A stretch of DNA of 64,000 nucleotides from Methanobacteriota archaeon (GCA_963720465.1 OY970393.1:1952001-2016000); one strand, 5' to 3'; shown: positions 39,821 to 49,791, counted from the first letter of the stretch. A program made the numbers and translations. Notes: generated by a model not told the origin, from the sequence alone.

Positions 39821-41056
39821 GTGAAACAGCCGGACAGCACGCAGCGCCACTTTAAGGCAACCCGCATCGTAGGAAAAGACCTCCTCACCGAACTTTTTCA
39901 AGCGGCTGAAATGCGCCGCTGGAACGACAAGCTGTGCCCCGTTCCCCTGACCGAACTCGACAAGCAGGGACACAAGATGACCATCGCCTACGTGCTCGGC
40001 AAGTTCACCGAACACAGCAGCGACTTTAGCTGGATCGAGGTCATCGAGGGCGGCCTGTTTGACTACTTCGAGCGCCTCACCCTTACCGACTTAAAACCCC
40101 AGATCTTCGAGAGGATCAAGGCAAACGACGAGACGTATAACGAGCTGAAGACGGAGGTCTACGCGCGCTTTACGCCCCTCATTTCTGATCTAAACGGCCT
40201 CGACAAACGGTTTGAAGCGTATCTCTTCCGCCCGCCTGACACCAACAGCAGGAAGGTACTCGATGCGGCCCACTTCTACGCGACCAAGTGGGAGTTTGAC
40301 ATCATCGAACGCGAGAACGCGAGCGATTACGAGATTCACGAGATCCGCCGCGGATTGCAGAGGCGCCAGGAGGCACTCGCTGACGTCGAAGGGCTGCGCT
40401 ACCTCGCCCTTTTCCCGACCTATCGCAGCTTCGTCTATTTGTGCGGGCGCCTGCGGTTTCAAGTACGATGGGGGCAGCTCTTCCGAATCCCGCGGACGTC
40501 AGTGCTCGGCCACATGCTCATTGTGGCGATCATTTCGTACCTGTTCTCACTCGAGATTGACGCGTATCCCAAGCGCCGTGCGAACAACTACTTCACCGGG
40601 CTGTTCCACGACCTGCCCGAAGTCCTCACCAAGGACATCATCAGCCCCGTCAAAAGGGCGGCCACGGGCTTGGACCGCTTCGTGAAGGACTTCGAACGGG
40701 AAGAGATGGAGCGCAGAATTTACGGGCCAGAGCTCATCTCGAAGGCGTGGCAGCCAGAGATGCGGATGTTTACTGAAGACGAGTTTGTCTCAAAGGTGAC
40801 GATCGACGGGCAGGTGCGCCACACAACCTCTGACACGATAACCGCGTCGTACAACGGTGACCGATACAATCCGGTCGACGGAGAACTCGTCAAAGCTGCC
40901 GATGATCTCGCGGCGTTTATGGAAGCGTACCTCGCACTGCAAAACGGCATTTCAAATGCGCAATTGCAGGCGGCCGTTCGAGAGAAGAAACTGTTCTATC
41001 GCCAAAAGACGATTGCTGGGATAAACCTTGGCAACGTGTATAAGGATTTTCACTAG
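39821..41056 (+). CDS. Two-domain HD hydrolase (YfbR-like)
   Basis: M.RWND...ELDKQGHK, R.QVRW, SVLGH, GLFHDLPE.LT.DIISPVK and AADDL motifs. Confidence 0.85.
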   Translation: MKQPDSTQRHFKATRIVGKDLLTELFQAAEMRRWNDKLCPVPLTELDKQGHKMTIAYVLGKFTEHSSDFSWIEVIEGGLFDYFERLTLTDLKPQIFERIKANDETYNELKTEVYARFTPLISDLNGLDKRFEAYLFRPPDTNSRKVLDAAHFYATKWEFDIIERENASDYEIHEIRRGLQRRQEALADVEGLRYLALFPTYRSFVYLCGRLRFQVRWGQLFRIPRTSVLGHMLIVAIISYLFSLEIDAYPKRRANNYFTGLFHDLPEVLTKDIISPVKRAATGLDRFVKDFEREEMERRIYGPELISKAWQPEMRMFTEDEFVSKVTIDGQVRHTTSDTITASYNGDRYNPVDGELVKAADDLAAFMEAYLALQNGISNAQLQAAVREKKLFYRQKTIAGINLGNVYKDFH

Positions 41057-41286
41057 ATCGGAGCGCGCCTAAGCAACTGTGTGAAGCACCATTTGGGCTG
41101 GGCTAATGTTGCATTGTTTGCACTCCTTCGTTCGTCAAAAAAACACGCAAAAAAAATAAGGCATCCGCAGGACGATCAGCAAACTGTCTTAGCGGAATGC
41201 TGATTGCTGGGCACGTTATCTTTTTTCGGATTTGTCTATTTCTAAGCGATTCGCAAAGCACATAAACGGTTGCTTCGGCGTTGCCG

Positions 41287-41685
41287 TTACCCTTTCTTAG
41301 GACGGAGCGTAACAAGAATATCCCGTTCGTCAGTCTCAACGGGCGAATAGATAACCTCGAGGTCGCCAAAAGGGGGATTGGGCCTCAGTCTCCTAAAGAC
41401 TCCGTTCTGATATTCTATGTATTGACGCTGTTCCAACAGCTCGACAAACTGATTCAGGGTAAACCCTTTGGACGTTTCAATGTCATCTAAGGAGCGCGTC
41501 TCAAGCCACTGGATGAATGCGAAGAACATCGCCTCTTGAGTGATTATCGCCTCCGGAGGGACAGCCCCAGCGGGGGCTACAAGATCAAGTGCGTCGTAAT
41601 AGAAGTCGTGCACAATGTGTATTATTGCGTCGAATCGTTTTTCGCCGCCCAGCGCCTTTTTGAGCGCTTCAATTTCATCTGTCAT
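41287..41685 (-). CDS. Hypothetical protein
   Basis: 132-aa ORF with GAGGAGG RBS. Confidence 0.6.
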   Translation of the reverse strand: MTDEIEALKKALGGEKRFDAIIHIVHDFYYDALDLVAPAGAVPPEAIITQEAMFFAFIQWLETRSLDDIETSKGFTLNQFVELLEQRQYIEYQNGVFRRLRPNPPFGDLEVIYSPVETDERDILVTLRPKKG

Positions 41686-41813
41686 TATAACCTCCTCTAA
41701 TCCAACTACGTGTGCAATTATTATTCCACTATTTCCCGCATATCGTAATCGTTTTTCTGCTAGTCACTTTTATTTTTACCACCACCGTGGCGTGATGTAT
41801 CCGGATCCTATAT

Positions 41814-43052
41814 TCAAAGTCGGCGGTTCCGTAGTTCTTTGTCGTAAGCAATTGCTAAGCGTGTCCAAAACTCAGCCCACGGCACCTCTGGCGGCTTTCT
41901 TAATCCTCTCCCTTTATGTCGCTTTGGGGCCTTCTTATCGCGACCTTCCTCGTCTTTAATACCCTTATATCGCTTGTAGGTTTTTTCGAAGGTATCATCT
42001 TCATCCCTGATGTGGATTGGATCAGCTGCGAGTGATCGTCTGATGTGCGTTGGGATTGGCGTTGTTAACTTCCCGTAGAACTGAGGGTCCCACGTGCTGA
42101 TCGTGTCTACCAACCTTCTTAAATTGCCGTAGAACTGCGGGTCGCTCTGATTAAGCGTGTCCATCAGCCCTCTTAACTTCTCGTAAAATCGAGGATCGGT
42201 CTCGTTCTTGCGGATCGCAACCAGAAACTTTCTTAACTTCTCGTAGAACTGCGGGTCGCCGTCACGAAGCTCACCCATTACGGATCTCAACACTCCAATG
42301 AACTGAGGGTCGCGGTCACGAAAGTGGCGCATCAGCAAACGTAGCCTCTTGAAGAACGGAGGAAGCGTTTCGCGAAGATTGCGGAGCATCGCCCTGTCTG
42401 CTGACATCCACTCGCGCACGTCTTCTCCGCCAACGAAAAAACGTAGCTCGTCCTTGTCGCTCTCAGATGCGTCGACGGAGACTTGAAGCAACGTTCGCGT
42501 GACGGTCCAGCGTGAACGGTCGGGTTTTGTGAATTTTTTCTTTGCAGACCCGCTCCAGCCGAACGTCACCACTGCTCGTTCATCGACGCCCCAACCACTT
42601 CGTGCTTTCTCTGTCGTTATGATGTATGGGATTATGAACTGCTCCAGCCTCGGTGGGCAACTGACCGAGACTGAAAAGGTGACGTCTTCAAGAGGAGGGT
42701 CATAATCCTCCTTCGTATCCTCAGGAATTGAGAGTTCCACAGTCGGGTGCGTGCGCACCTTCGCGGTGCACTTCTGCACCTGCTTCATAGTCTTCCAGCT
42801 CATCACCCTTCGACTCCAGTGATTCCCGGAACCGCCACGGAGCATCCAGACGCCCGCAGCCGTGCTTATAGCTTGCTCGGATGACGCAGAGATACTTGTC
42901 TTACCTCTATCCTTGCTTCGTGACAGGTTCGGGTGCGGGATGTGTTCCTCTTTGACCCAGCGTTGGAGCGTGCGCATCTTCACTTTGACTCCTAACGAGA
43001 CCAGACGATCGCGTAACTCGCTTACGTTTTGGGGTGGGTTGCTTTCGTTCAT
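41814..43052 (-). CDS. HTH protein with five DPxFY helical repeats
   Basis: N-terminal RTLQRWVKEEHIPHP (MerR/Xis-like HTH); repeats DPQFI, DPQFY, DPRFY, DPQFY, DPQFY. Confidence 0.6.
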   Translation of the reverse strand: MNESNPPQNVSELRDRLVSLGVKVKMRTLQRWVKEEHIPHPNLSRSKDRGKTSISASSEQAISTAAGVWMLRGGSGNHWSRRVMSWKTMKQVQKCTAKVRTHPTVELSIPEDTKEDYDPPLEDVTFSVSVSCPPRLEQFIIPYIITTEKARSGWGVDERAVVTFGWSGSAKKKFTKPDRSRWTVTRTLLQVSVDASESDKDELRFFVGGEDVREWMSADRAMLRNLRETLPPFFKRLRLLMRHFRDRDPQFIGVLRSVMGELRDGDPQFYEKLRKFLVAIRKNETDPRFYEKLRGLMDTLNQSDPQFYGNLRRLVDTISTWDPQFYGKLTTPIPTHIRRSLAADPIHIRDEDDTFEKTYKRYKGIKDEEGRDKKAPKRHKGRGLRKPPEVPWAEFWTRLAIAYDKELRNRRL

Positions 43053-43078
43053 TTACTATGCGCCAAATAAAAACCACG

Positions 43079-43102
43079 TTATGACGTCATAAATGCTAGC
43101 AT
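43079..43102. promoter_or_regulatory. Adjacent perfect palindromes TTATGACGTCATAA and ATGCTAGCAT (candidate operator)
   Basis: 14-bp and 10-bp perfect palindromes abutting in the divergent intergenic region. Confidence 0.5.
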
Positions 43103-43203
43103 GGAGAAAGCCGGGCGCCGCTGGACAGAGCAACAAGTTTTTTGCGTGTCACATGCGCCTGCGGCTTGTCATCTGGAAATGAACCTACAAAGGAGACCAA
43201 ATC

Positions 43204-43530
43204 ATGCCTTATAAAAATCCTGAACAACGCCGCGCATACGACGCGGCATACAAGCAGAAGCAGCGGGCCCAAGGATTGACAAAAAAAGGGGTGGACATGC
43301 GTCTAACCGCCCTTGAAATTAAGACCGCTGAAGATTGCTGCGGCCTCATCAACGAGGTTGTAGACGAGGCGAGAACCGCCGATGGCTCTTCCTTAGGGCT
43401 TGAGGCGAAGTTGCGAATCAAGTTACGAGCCGTAGAAATCGGGCTGCGCGTCATTGAGATTACCAATCTCGAGCGGCGCATCGCCGCCGTCGAGGAGCTA
43501 GCACATGAGCCGAAACGAATCGAGAATTAG
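43204..43530 (+). CDS. Putative terminase small subunit-like protein
   Basis: Small helical protein ending LERRIAAVEE; overlaps the terL start; AGGAG RBS. Confidence 0.5.
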   Translation: MPYKNPEQRRAYDAAYKQKQRAQGLTKKGVDMRLTALEIKTAEDCCGLINEVVDEARTADGSSLGLEAKLRIKLRAVEIGLRVIEITNLERRIAAVEELAHEPKRIEN

Positions 43531-45361
43531 CAAACTTGAAAAGGGCTATAGCCGAGCAGCGACTGAGACGAGGATTCCACGTGATCCCGTAGCCTTCGCT
43601 AGGCTGTTGAACATAGAGCCCGACCCCTGGCAACGCGACCTTCTCATCTCAAGGGACGAGCGCGTAATCATCAACTGCTCGCGGCAGTCCGGGAAATCGA
43701 CCATCGTTGCCATCCTTGCGCTCCATCACGCCCTACTGAACCCCGCGGCGTTCGTGGCCATAGTCTCTCCGTCGCAGCGGCAGTCAACAGAGCTCTTGAG
43801 GAAGGTCAGCGGTTTCCACCGCCTGCTTGGCCAACCGGGCGACAGCATAAGCGATTCAGCCACCACGCTCGAACTCAGAAACGGCAGCCGCATCGTCGCA
43901 CTGCCTGGATCTGAGTCCACAAAACGAGGCTTCACCGCGCCGTTGGTGCTCATAGACGAAGCTGCACAGGTGTCTGAGGGGGACTACTATGCGGCCACGC
44001 CCATGCTCGCCGTTACGGAGGGGCAGCTGATCCTCCTCAGCACGCCGCACGGCAAACAGGGCATATTCTGGCACGCGTGGGACCACGAGCCGGACTGGAA
44101 GAAGGTCAGGGTGACGGCGCACCAGTGCCCGCGCATCGGAAAGGGCTGGTTGGAGCGGGAACGACGCGCCATGGGCGAGTGGCGGTTCGCCCAGGAATAT
44201 TGTTGCGAATTCGTGCAGGACGATGCCAGCATCTTTAAAGAGGGATGGGTTCAGTATTACGATTCCGATGACCTACCATACATGGATCGCATTATCCAAT
44301 CGTGGGACACCGCACAAACCAAATCGGGTTCGTCCAGTTATGTCGTAGGGCAGGTGTGGGGGTGCATCGGTGCCGATTTCTACTTGCTCGACCAGGTGCG
44401 TGGTCGCTACGACTTTGACGAAACGATAAAGGCTATCGAAGATTTGTCAGCGCACTGGCCCCAATCAACAGCTAAACTAGTGGAAGCGCAGGCGCTCGGC
44501 GCTGCCGTAGTCACACACTTAAAACACACGATCCCGGGGCTTATTCCTATATCCGTGAAAGGCTCAAAGGAGCGTCGGGCTATCGATTGCCTACCGGTCT
44601 GGCAATCAAAGAACGTGTACATACCCAAACTGGATGACGGCGAATACGCGTGGGTCCGGGAATACATGCAGGAGCTTTTGAGCTTCCCGAATGTCGCCCA
44701 TGACGACCAGGTGGATGCAACGACCCTTGCGTTAAATCAGCTGCAGGGCCCGTTATTTCCCAAACCGAAAGAGCGTGTGATCGAGACTAGTGACTCGCGG
44801 CCACCGTACTCGCCACCACTGCAAGGACATTACTACTTCATCGGGTGGGTTCCAGGGCTCTCACTGGACACGTATACAGTTCTGGTCTTTGACCGCACAG
44901 ATCACAAGGTCGTCCACTTCGCGCGCTTCCCGGTAGAGTCCCTAGAACAACAGATTACGGGGCTCTCTCAACTATCGCGACACTACAATCGCGCCGTGGT
45001 CAGGGCCTTTGATCGCGTGAGTAAGGCGTTGACATCAGCGCTCGAGATGCGCCGCGTTTATGTGGAGCGCGTCAAGTACTCAAAGCTTGCGGATTCCTAC
45101 GAGAACTTGGCCCTCCTGAGGGAGATGATCACCATCCCCAACTATCCCGGGCTCCAGGCCGAGCTCGACGTCTTCAAGTCGGGTCTCACTTTTGATGGGA
45201 GTGCCGATTACAGCCTGCAGGTCGCGCAGCAATCAGGGATCCACGCCTTGTGTCTCGTCACGTATGACCTCAGCGCGGAACTGCTCCACTACCGCAGGCA
45301 GCCGAGCGTCTACTATAACTACGATCGGTATTTGGAAGGAGACGTGCACTTCAGTTTGTAA
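43505..45361 (+). CDS. terL: Viral-type terminase large subunit with extra C-terminal domain
   Basis: PWQ, SRQSGKST (Walker A), LIDEAA (Walker B), LSTP, QEY.CEF; nuclease motifs IIQSWDTA, VEA and HDDQVDA. Confidence 0.88.
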   Translation: MSRNESRISKLEKGYSRAATETRIPRDPVAFARLLNIEPDPWQRDLLISRDERVIINCSRQSGKSTIVAILALHHALLNPAAFVAIVSPSQRQSTELLRKVSGFHRLLGQPGDSISDSATTLELRNGSRIVALPGSESTKRGFTAPLVLIDEAAQVSEGDYYAATPMLAVTEGQLILLSTPHGKQGIFWHAWDHEPDWKKVRVTAHQCPRIGKGWLERERRAMGEWRFAQEYCCEFVQDDASIFKEGWVQYYDSDDLPYMDRIIQSWDTAQTKSGSSSYVVGQVWGCIGADFYLLDQVRGRYDFDETIKAIEDLSAHWPQSTAKLVEAQALGAAVVTHLKHTIPGLIPISVKGSKERRAIDCLPVWQSKNVYIPKLDDGEYAWVREYMQELLSFPNVAHDDQVDATTLALNQLQGPLFPKPKERVIETSDSRPPYSPPLQGHYYFIGWVPGLSLDTYTVLVFDRTDHKVVHFARFPVESLEQQITGLSQLSRHYNRAVVRAFDRVSKALTSALEMRRVYVERVKYSKLADSYENLALLREMITIPNYPGLQAELDVFKSGLTFDGSADYSLQVAQQSGIHALCLVTYDLSAELLHYRRQPSVYYNYDRYLEGDVHFSL

Positions 45362-45546
45362 GCTCGCGGGACCTTCGCGTACGCGCCGAGAACAGCTTGC
45401 TATAATATGCTTCGCACTCCAGACCGCCAGCACTGCGATGAACAACGACTTTACGGCTTGGGAAGCTCACGTGACAACCTCCAGGGTTACGCCTACTAGG
45501 GGTGACGACGGCGCGAACGCAAGGGTGTGGCGTTGGATCTGATGTG

Positions 45547-47169
45547 TTACTTCCTGTCGTTCAGTTTGACACCTTCAGCTTCTGCCAAAACAGCTGTTTC
45601 GCCCAAAATCTTCTTTCCGGTCAACGCGTTTATTCTCACACGTCTTTTTGAGGACTCGTCTGCGTACAAGACTTGAAGAACAGGCGAATATATGATATTT
45701 GCATCGGTCACCTCGCAGCCGGGATACAGTCCCCGTATGAGTCCTTTGAGTTTTTGCTTTGGTAACCTGGGCTTTATGACATCTTCTACGCGACCCTCTC
45801 TAAGCTGCAAACCCTCGGCGCTCTCTGACACGAGGGATCTTGGATAGCTTATGTCATGCAGGGAGAAATAGCGTTCATCTTTTATCCCGATCAAACCACG
45901 TTCTTCGAGCTTTTTCAAGCTCGATTTGACGCCCTTGTCGGGCAGCGCTTGGCGTAATTGCGCATAGGTGGTGCCGCCTCTGTCCAATATGAAATCCATC
46001 ACTTTCAGTTGAGTTGGGTTCAGATCTGCGAGAAGGTGTAGATTCTTAGACCGGCGCCGCACGCCGTCCGGGCTTAGAAGATCCCCGGTAATAGCATCAA
46101 TCAAGACGGAGTAGTCCTTGAACCTCGTGCCCATGAGTCGTTTCTTCATCTCTCGAATGCTAACGGAGAATATTGGCAACATTAGCAGATCGAAGTCATT
46201 GACGCTCTCACTCCTGCCGAAGAACTTGAACTGCTTGCGCTTGTTACTGTTTAAGGCGCTGAGGACCGTGGTTTCGTCGAATGGGATATACTTAACCTTC
46301 CTACTTCCCGTCGTCGTATCAAGAGCGAGTCGCGCTCGCATGTGCTCGGCCTTGTCCAAATCCTGTGCCGCGCGAACGCTACCGTGTGGCGTGAGATCCG
46401 ATGCGTACTCGGTCCGACGCTGAATGGTGGGGGTCGCCCCTCCGTGGCGCGTGTTCCGCTGCCGCACTTTGATGAACGAAGGATCAGCGATAGCTCCTTG
46501 GACGTAAAACTGTCCCGGTTCAAGTGCTGTCAGCTGGCGTGCATCATCCATCGAGGAGAAAAATATACGCACCGAATCGATATCGTTTTTTAACGTCAGC
46601 TTTCCGATGAACACGTTGTTGCACTGGCTCAAAACGTTCTTATTGACCAAAGCAGGCCTCTGCGTAGCAAAAAGGATACCAAGGCCCCGCTTCCTGCCTC
46701 TTCTGCTCATTACCTGCAGGATATCGAGTCCGCGTCCTCTCTGCGGAACGTAAATGTCAGCCTCTTCGACGATGACTAAGAAAGGATTCTGCCGATGGCG
46801 CCCCTCTCGGAACATGTCCGTGGCGACCTGATAGACGATTCCCAAGAACTTATCTATGACCTTTGGATCAGTCTCGGAAACGTCAAGGACTATTTTTTGT
46901 GACTCTTCGATGATTTTTCGGACCCGCTCTTCGTCGGTCGAAATAGGTTCAGTGTCTTCAATTACATCGATGTTCTTGTAGCCGGAGAGCCCAGCGTATT
47001 CTCCTTCAGTATCGATCACGACGAATCCGAGATCACTTGCGGCAAGTTCTTCGCAGATCACACTCACGAGATAGCTTTTGCCGCTTCCGCTTTGGCCGAT
47101 AACGGCGCTTCGTTCCGTTACAAGGTACCCCGGGTCAATGCTGAACGTCTCTCCGATGTGGAGCTCCAT
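45547..47169 (-). CDS. HerA/FtsK-like (DUF87) ATPase with C-terminal winged helix
   Basis: GQSGSGKS, IDTEGEY, IVEEAD, RRGRKRGLG, ATQRP and SQCN motifs; LKKLEERGLI wHTH. Confidence 0.85.
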   Translation of the reverse strand: MELHIGETFSIDPGYLVTERSAVIGQSGSGKSYLVSVICEELAASDLGFVVIDTEGEYAGLSGYKNIDVIEDTEPISTDEERVRKIIEESQKIVLDVSETDPKVIDKFLGIVYQVATDMFREGRHRQNPFLVIVEEADIYVPQRGRGLDILQVMSRRGRKRGLGILFATQRPALVNKNVLSQCNNVFIGKLTLKNDIDSVRIFFSSMDDARQLTALEPGQFYVQGAIADPSFIKVRQRNTRHGGATPTIQRRTEYASDLTPHGSVRAAQDLDKAEHMRARLALDTTTGSRKVKYIPFDETTVLSALNSNKRKQFKFFGRSESVNDFDLLMLPIFSVSIREMKKRLMGTRFKDYSVLIDAITGDLLSPDGVRRRSKNLHLLADLNPTQLKVMDFILDRGGTTYAQLRQALPDKGVKSSLKKLEERGLIGIKDERYFSLHDISYPRSLVSESAEGLQLREGRVEDVIKPRLPKQKLKGLIRGLYPGCEVTDANIIYSPVLQVLYADESSKRRVRINALTGKKILGETAVLAEAEGVKLNDRK

Positions 47170-47305
47170 TGGTTCAACATGGCTTATTTGTCCGATATAA
47201 GCTTAGTGTAATGCGACAAAATCCATCTAAGACCTTTTTGACGCCAAACTGGACTGCTCTCTGCGCGCGAGCAGAACTGAGTTGTAGGAAGCCGACCCGC
47301 GATCA

Positions 47306-48376
47306 CTAGCGGGAGGCTATCAGGGTCACAGTATCGTTATCCAAGAGCACGTGGGTTAGCCCGACGCGCTGCCCCGCATGTCTCGCACTCGCACCCCACA
47401 CTTGAGCGTATCTGAATCGTCTGGAGATACGTGCGTGCATGAGGTTGCAGACCTCTTCGATCGTGGAGTTGCGGCGCAAAATCAGCGGGTTTTTCCTATC
47501 TGCCGCCTTGTCCGGGGGTTTCAAGTATACCCGAATGAATCTGAGTTTTTCAAAGATCAGCTCTTTTAGATCTTCGATGTTGGTGCCATGCTCCGCAGAA
47601 ATGTGAACGTCCCCGAAACTTGCTGACCCAGAAGACTGGTCTATCTTGTTTACGACCGTTAGTGCGGGTAAGAAAAGTCTGCTCGGTAATAGGGCATCGA
47701 CGAATCGATCGACATCAAGGTCTTCGTTAAGAATGACGTCGGCGTTGTGGATCTTGAAGTCATGTAAAATCGCTTTTATCGTAGCTTCGTCGATTTCAGC
47801 CGCATGGGGAGCCCCGCTAACCGTAACCCCCCCGCGAGGTTTCTTGATTATCGCTACGTTTGGAGGGCTTTGGTTTATCCTGATTCCTGCGTCATACAGT
47901 TCTTTTTTGACTACTTCGACTTGATATTCGCTGAAAACGTCGACCACGATCAATATTAGGTCCGCGCTTCTCACAACTGAAATAATCTCTTTTCCTCTGC
48001 CTTTTCCGACTGCTGCGCCGCCTATAAGTCCAGGGATGTCCAAGACTTGTATGTGCGCTCCGTTGTGCACCATAGCGCCAGGGATGACGTTCAGCGTCGT
48101 GAAATCGTAAGATCCAACTGGCGATTTTGCATTAGTGAGCGCGTTTAGCAGGGTTGACTTTCCCGCGGACGGATATCCGACTAACACACAGGTAGCGTCA
48201 CCGGACTTTCGTGGAGCAAATCCGGTTCCCTTGTGCGAACCCCTGGACTCTCGCTTCTCCTTCAGCCGCGCAAGTTTCGCTTTTAGACGACCGATGTGGA
48301 GTTGTGTCGCTTTGTTGTAGGGTGTGTCGCGTATCTCCGTTTCTATTTCGCTGATTTGCTCTTCTATGCTAGTCAC
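47306..48376 (-). CDS. DRG/Rbg1-family (Obg-like) GTPase with TGS domain
   Basis: YNKAT..HIG.LKAKLA, GYPSAGKST, FTT, DIPG, NKID and QRVGL.H.L.D.D motifs. Confidence 0.93.
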   Translation of the reverse strand: MTSIEEQISEIETEIRDTPYNKATQLHIGRLKAKLARLKEKRESRGSHKGTGFAPRKSGDATCVLVGYPSAGKSTLLNALTNAKSPVGSYDFTTLNVIPGAMVHNGAHIQVLDIPGLIGGAAVGKGRGKEIISVVRSADLILIVVDVFSEYQVEVVKKELYDAGIRINQSPPNVAIIKKPRGGVTVSGAPHAAEIDEATIKAILHDFKIHNADVILNEDLDVDRFVDALLPSRLFLPALTVVNKIDQSSGSASFGDVHISAEHGTNIEDLKELIFEKLRFIRVYLKPPDKAADRKNPLILRRNSTIEEVCNLMHARISRRFRYAQVWGASARHAGQRVGLTHVLLDNDTVTLIASR

Positions 48377-48443
48377 GCGATTTCCTGCCAGTCATCAACG
48401 TCTTCAGCGAATGCAGAGTGAAGACCGCATATATTCAAAAAAG

Positions 48444-48845
48444 TTAGGCTTTGCTCCGCGAGTGAACCTTCGTATTCACCAAAACGAACTTCGTTCTCTC
48501 TCCTCGGATAGCGACGAGATAGACGTGCGGCTCATTTGATGCCATGCATTCCATCCATTTCTTATGCAACGTCCCATCTGAGGAAATGGGGGGCGATCCG
48601 TTTCTCGCGCGAAGCTCGTTGATGCAATATACAAAATCTGACTCAGATAAGCGCGCGACCTTGGATTTCGTGCCGATGTTGCGAGGCCACCATACTTGCA
48701 GCTCTTTTCTTATGTCGTTTATGAAGCTCACATTCGGCATCTTGCTATCAAGACTCTCAATGACTTCTACTTCACAATCTCCATCAGCTAAACTATAGTA
48801 GCATTTTGCCACGTTTTTGGCCAGCTCTCGGTCGCGTTTTCCCAA
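48444..48845 (-). CDS. Hypothetical protein
   Basis: 133-aa ORF co-oriented with its neighbours; no motif recognised. Confidence 0.5.
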   Translation of the reverse strand: MGKRDRELAKNVAKCYYSLADGDCEVEVIESLDSKMPNVSFINDIRKELQVWWPRNIGTKSKVARLSESDFVYCINELRARNGSPPISSDGTLHKKWMECMASNEPHVYLVAIRGERTKFVLVNTKVHSRSKA

Positions 48846-49151
48846 AAATAAGTCCCGTATTAATATTTGCGATTAAAGTATTTCAACGTTGTGAAATAAG
48901 TCGCAGCCGACGCCAGTTTTTCGTGTTTAACAACTGTGAGTCGCGTTTTTCTAAAAAAAGTGTCTGTTAATCAAGAATTGAAATCGAACGAAGTTTGGTT
49001 CGTACCTTTGGATAAGCACGCTTTCACGTTGGTGATCGTCATAATAAAGGCCGGTTTGCCCTCAAGCACTCAAGCAAAGAGTGCGTGGCCCCTAACGAGA
49101 ACACGCCAAAAATACTGCCGTTTCATGCGTCAGTTCGAAGACTCGCTCATG

Positions 49152-49292
49152 TTACATAAGTAGTTCTAGCCACTCATCGAGCAGCGAACAGTCCTCTGGA
49201 TTACATACTTCGTGGCATCCTATACACGGAGCTATCTTACCTTGCGCTAAGAGTAGGTCGTGCTTGCTTTTTTTGCTTTGTGTTACGTTCAC
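49152..49292 (-). CDS. Stand-alone Fe-S domain of a TFE-beta/RPC34-like protein
   Basis: DLLL...APCIGCHEVCNPEDCSLLDEW; directly downstream of lsm; AGGTG RBS before GTG 49292. Confidence 0.6.
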   Translation of the reverse strand: MNVTQSKKSKHDLLLAQGKIAPCIGCHEVCNPEDCSLLDEWLELLM

Positions 49293-49403
49293 TGTGGCAC
49301 CTTTCTTAGGATCGAGCAACCCAGCTGCGATCACAGGGGAGGTTGGACAATATGCCAGTGGAGTATTGGTTGTTCTCTCGAAGTAGGTTCAGTTAATTCC
49401 GGA

Positions 49404-49628
49404 TTAGTCGTTTACAGGATTTAGAAGAATGATGTTGTTGCCGCGAAGTACGACCGATCCTAAAACTCGGGACTTTTGTCCGTCAACAACTTCAGTGGTG
49501 TTTGTAAGATGCAAGTTTAAATAGTCATCTGCACTCATCAATAGGCCTTCGAGCACGCATTTTTCGCCCTTCATCTCGACTTGGATCTTGGAACCAACCA
49601 GATTTTGAACCTTCTTTGACGGGAACAA
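49404..49628 (-). CDS. Sm/Lsm-like RNA-binding protein
   Basis: VEMKG, G.L.S.DDYLNL.L and VLRGNNI Sm1/Sm2 motifs. Confidence 0.93.
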   Translation of the reverse strand: MFPSKKVQNLVGSKIQVEMKGEKCVLEGLLMSADDYLNLHLTNTTEVVDGQKSRVLGSVVLRGNNIILLNPVND

Positions 49629-49791
49629 TTTGAATCCTCACATGAAAGTGGCTTTTCGAATACTTTAATATTTTGTTCGCCTTTGTTCGCCGAGAATTGC
49701 TCCACAATGCTTCAGTCGCTGATAATTCAAGCCTACTTGTAGCCACGCTAAGTCCCGCATTTCACGTATTAGCTCGCGAAGAAGGGCCTTA

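Noticed and set aside
39440-39888. Several overlapping minus-strand ORFs between the att site and the HD gene as an integrase C-terminal half
   Set aside because: No R...HxxR...Y tyrosine recombinase motifs; wrong strand for continuing the integrase-N ORF
45547-47169. HerA-like ATPase as part of the terminase island or a defence system
   Set aside because: Convergent to terL, co-oriented with housekeeping genes, and no NurA, Sir2 or nuclease partner adjacent
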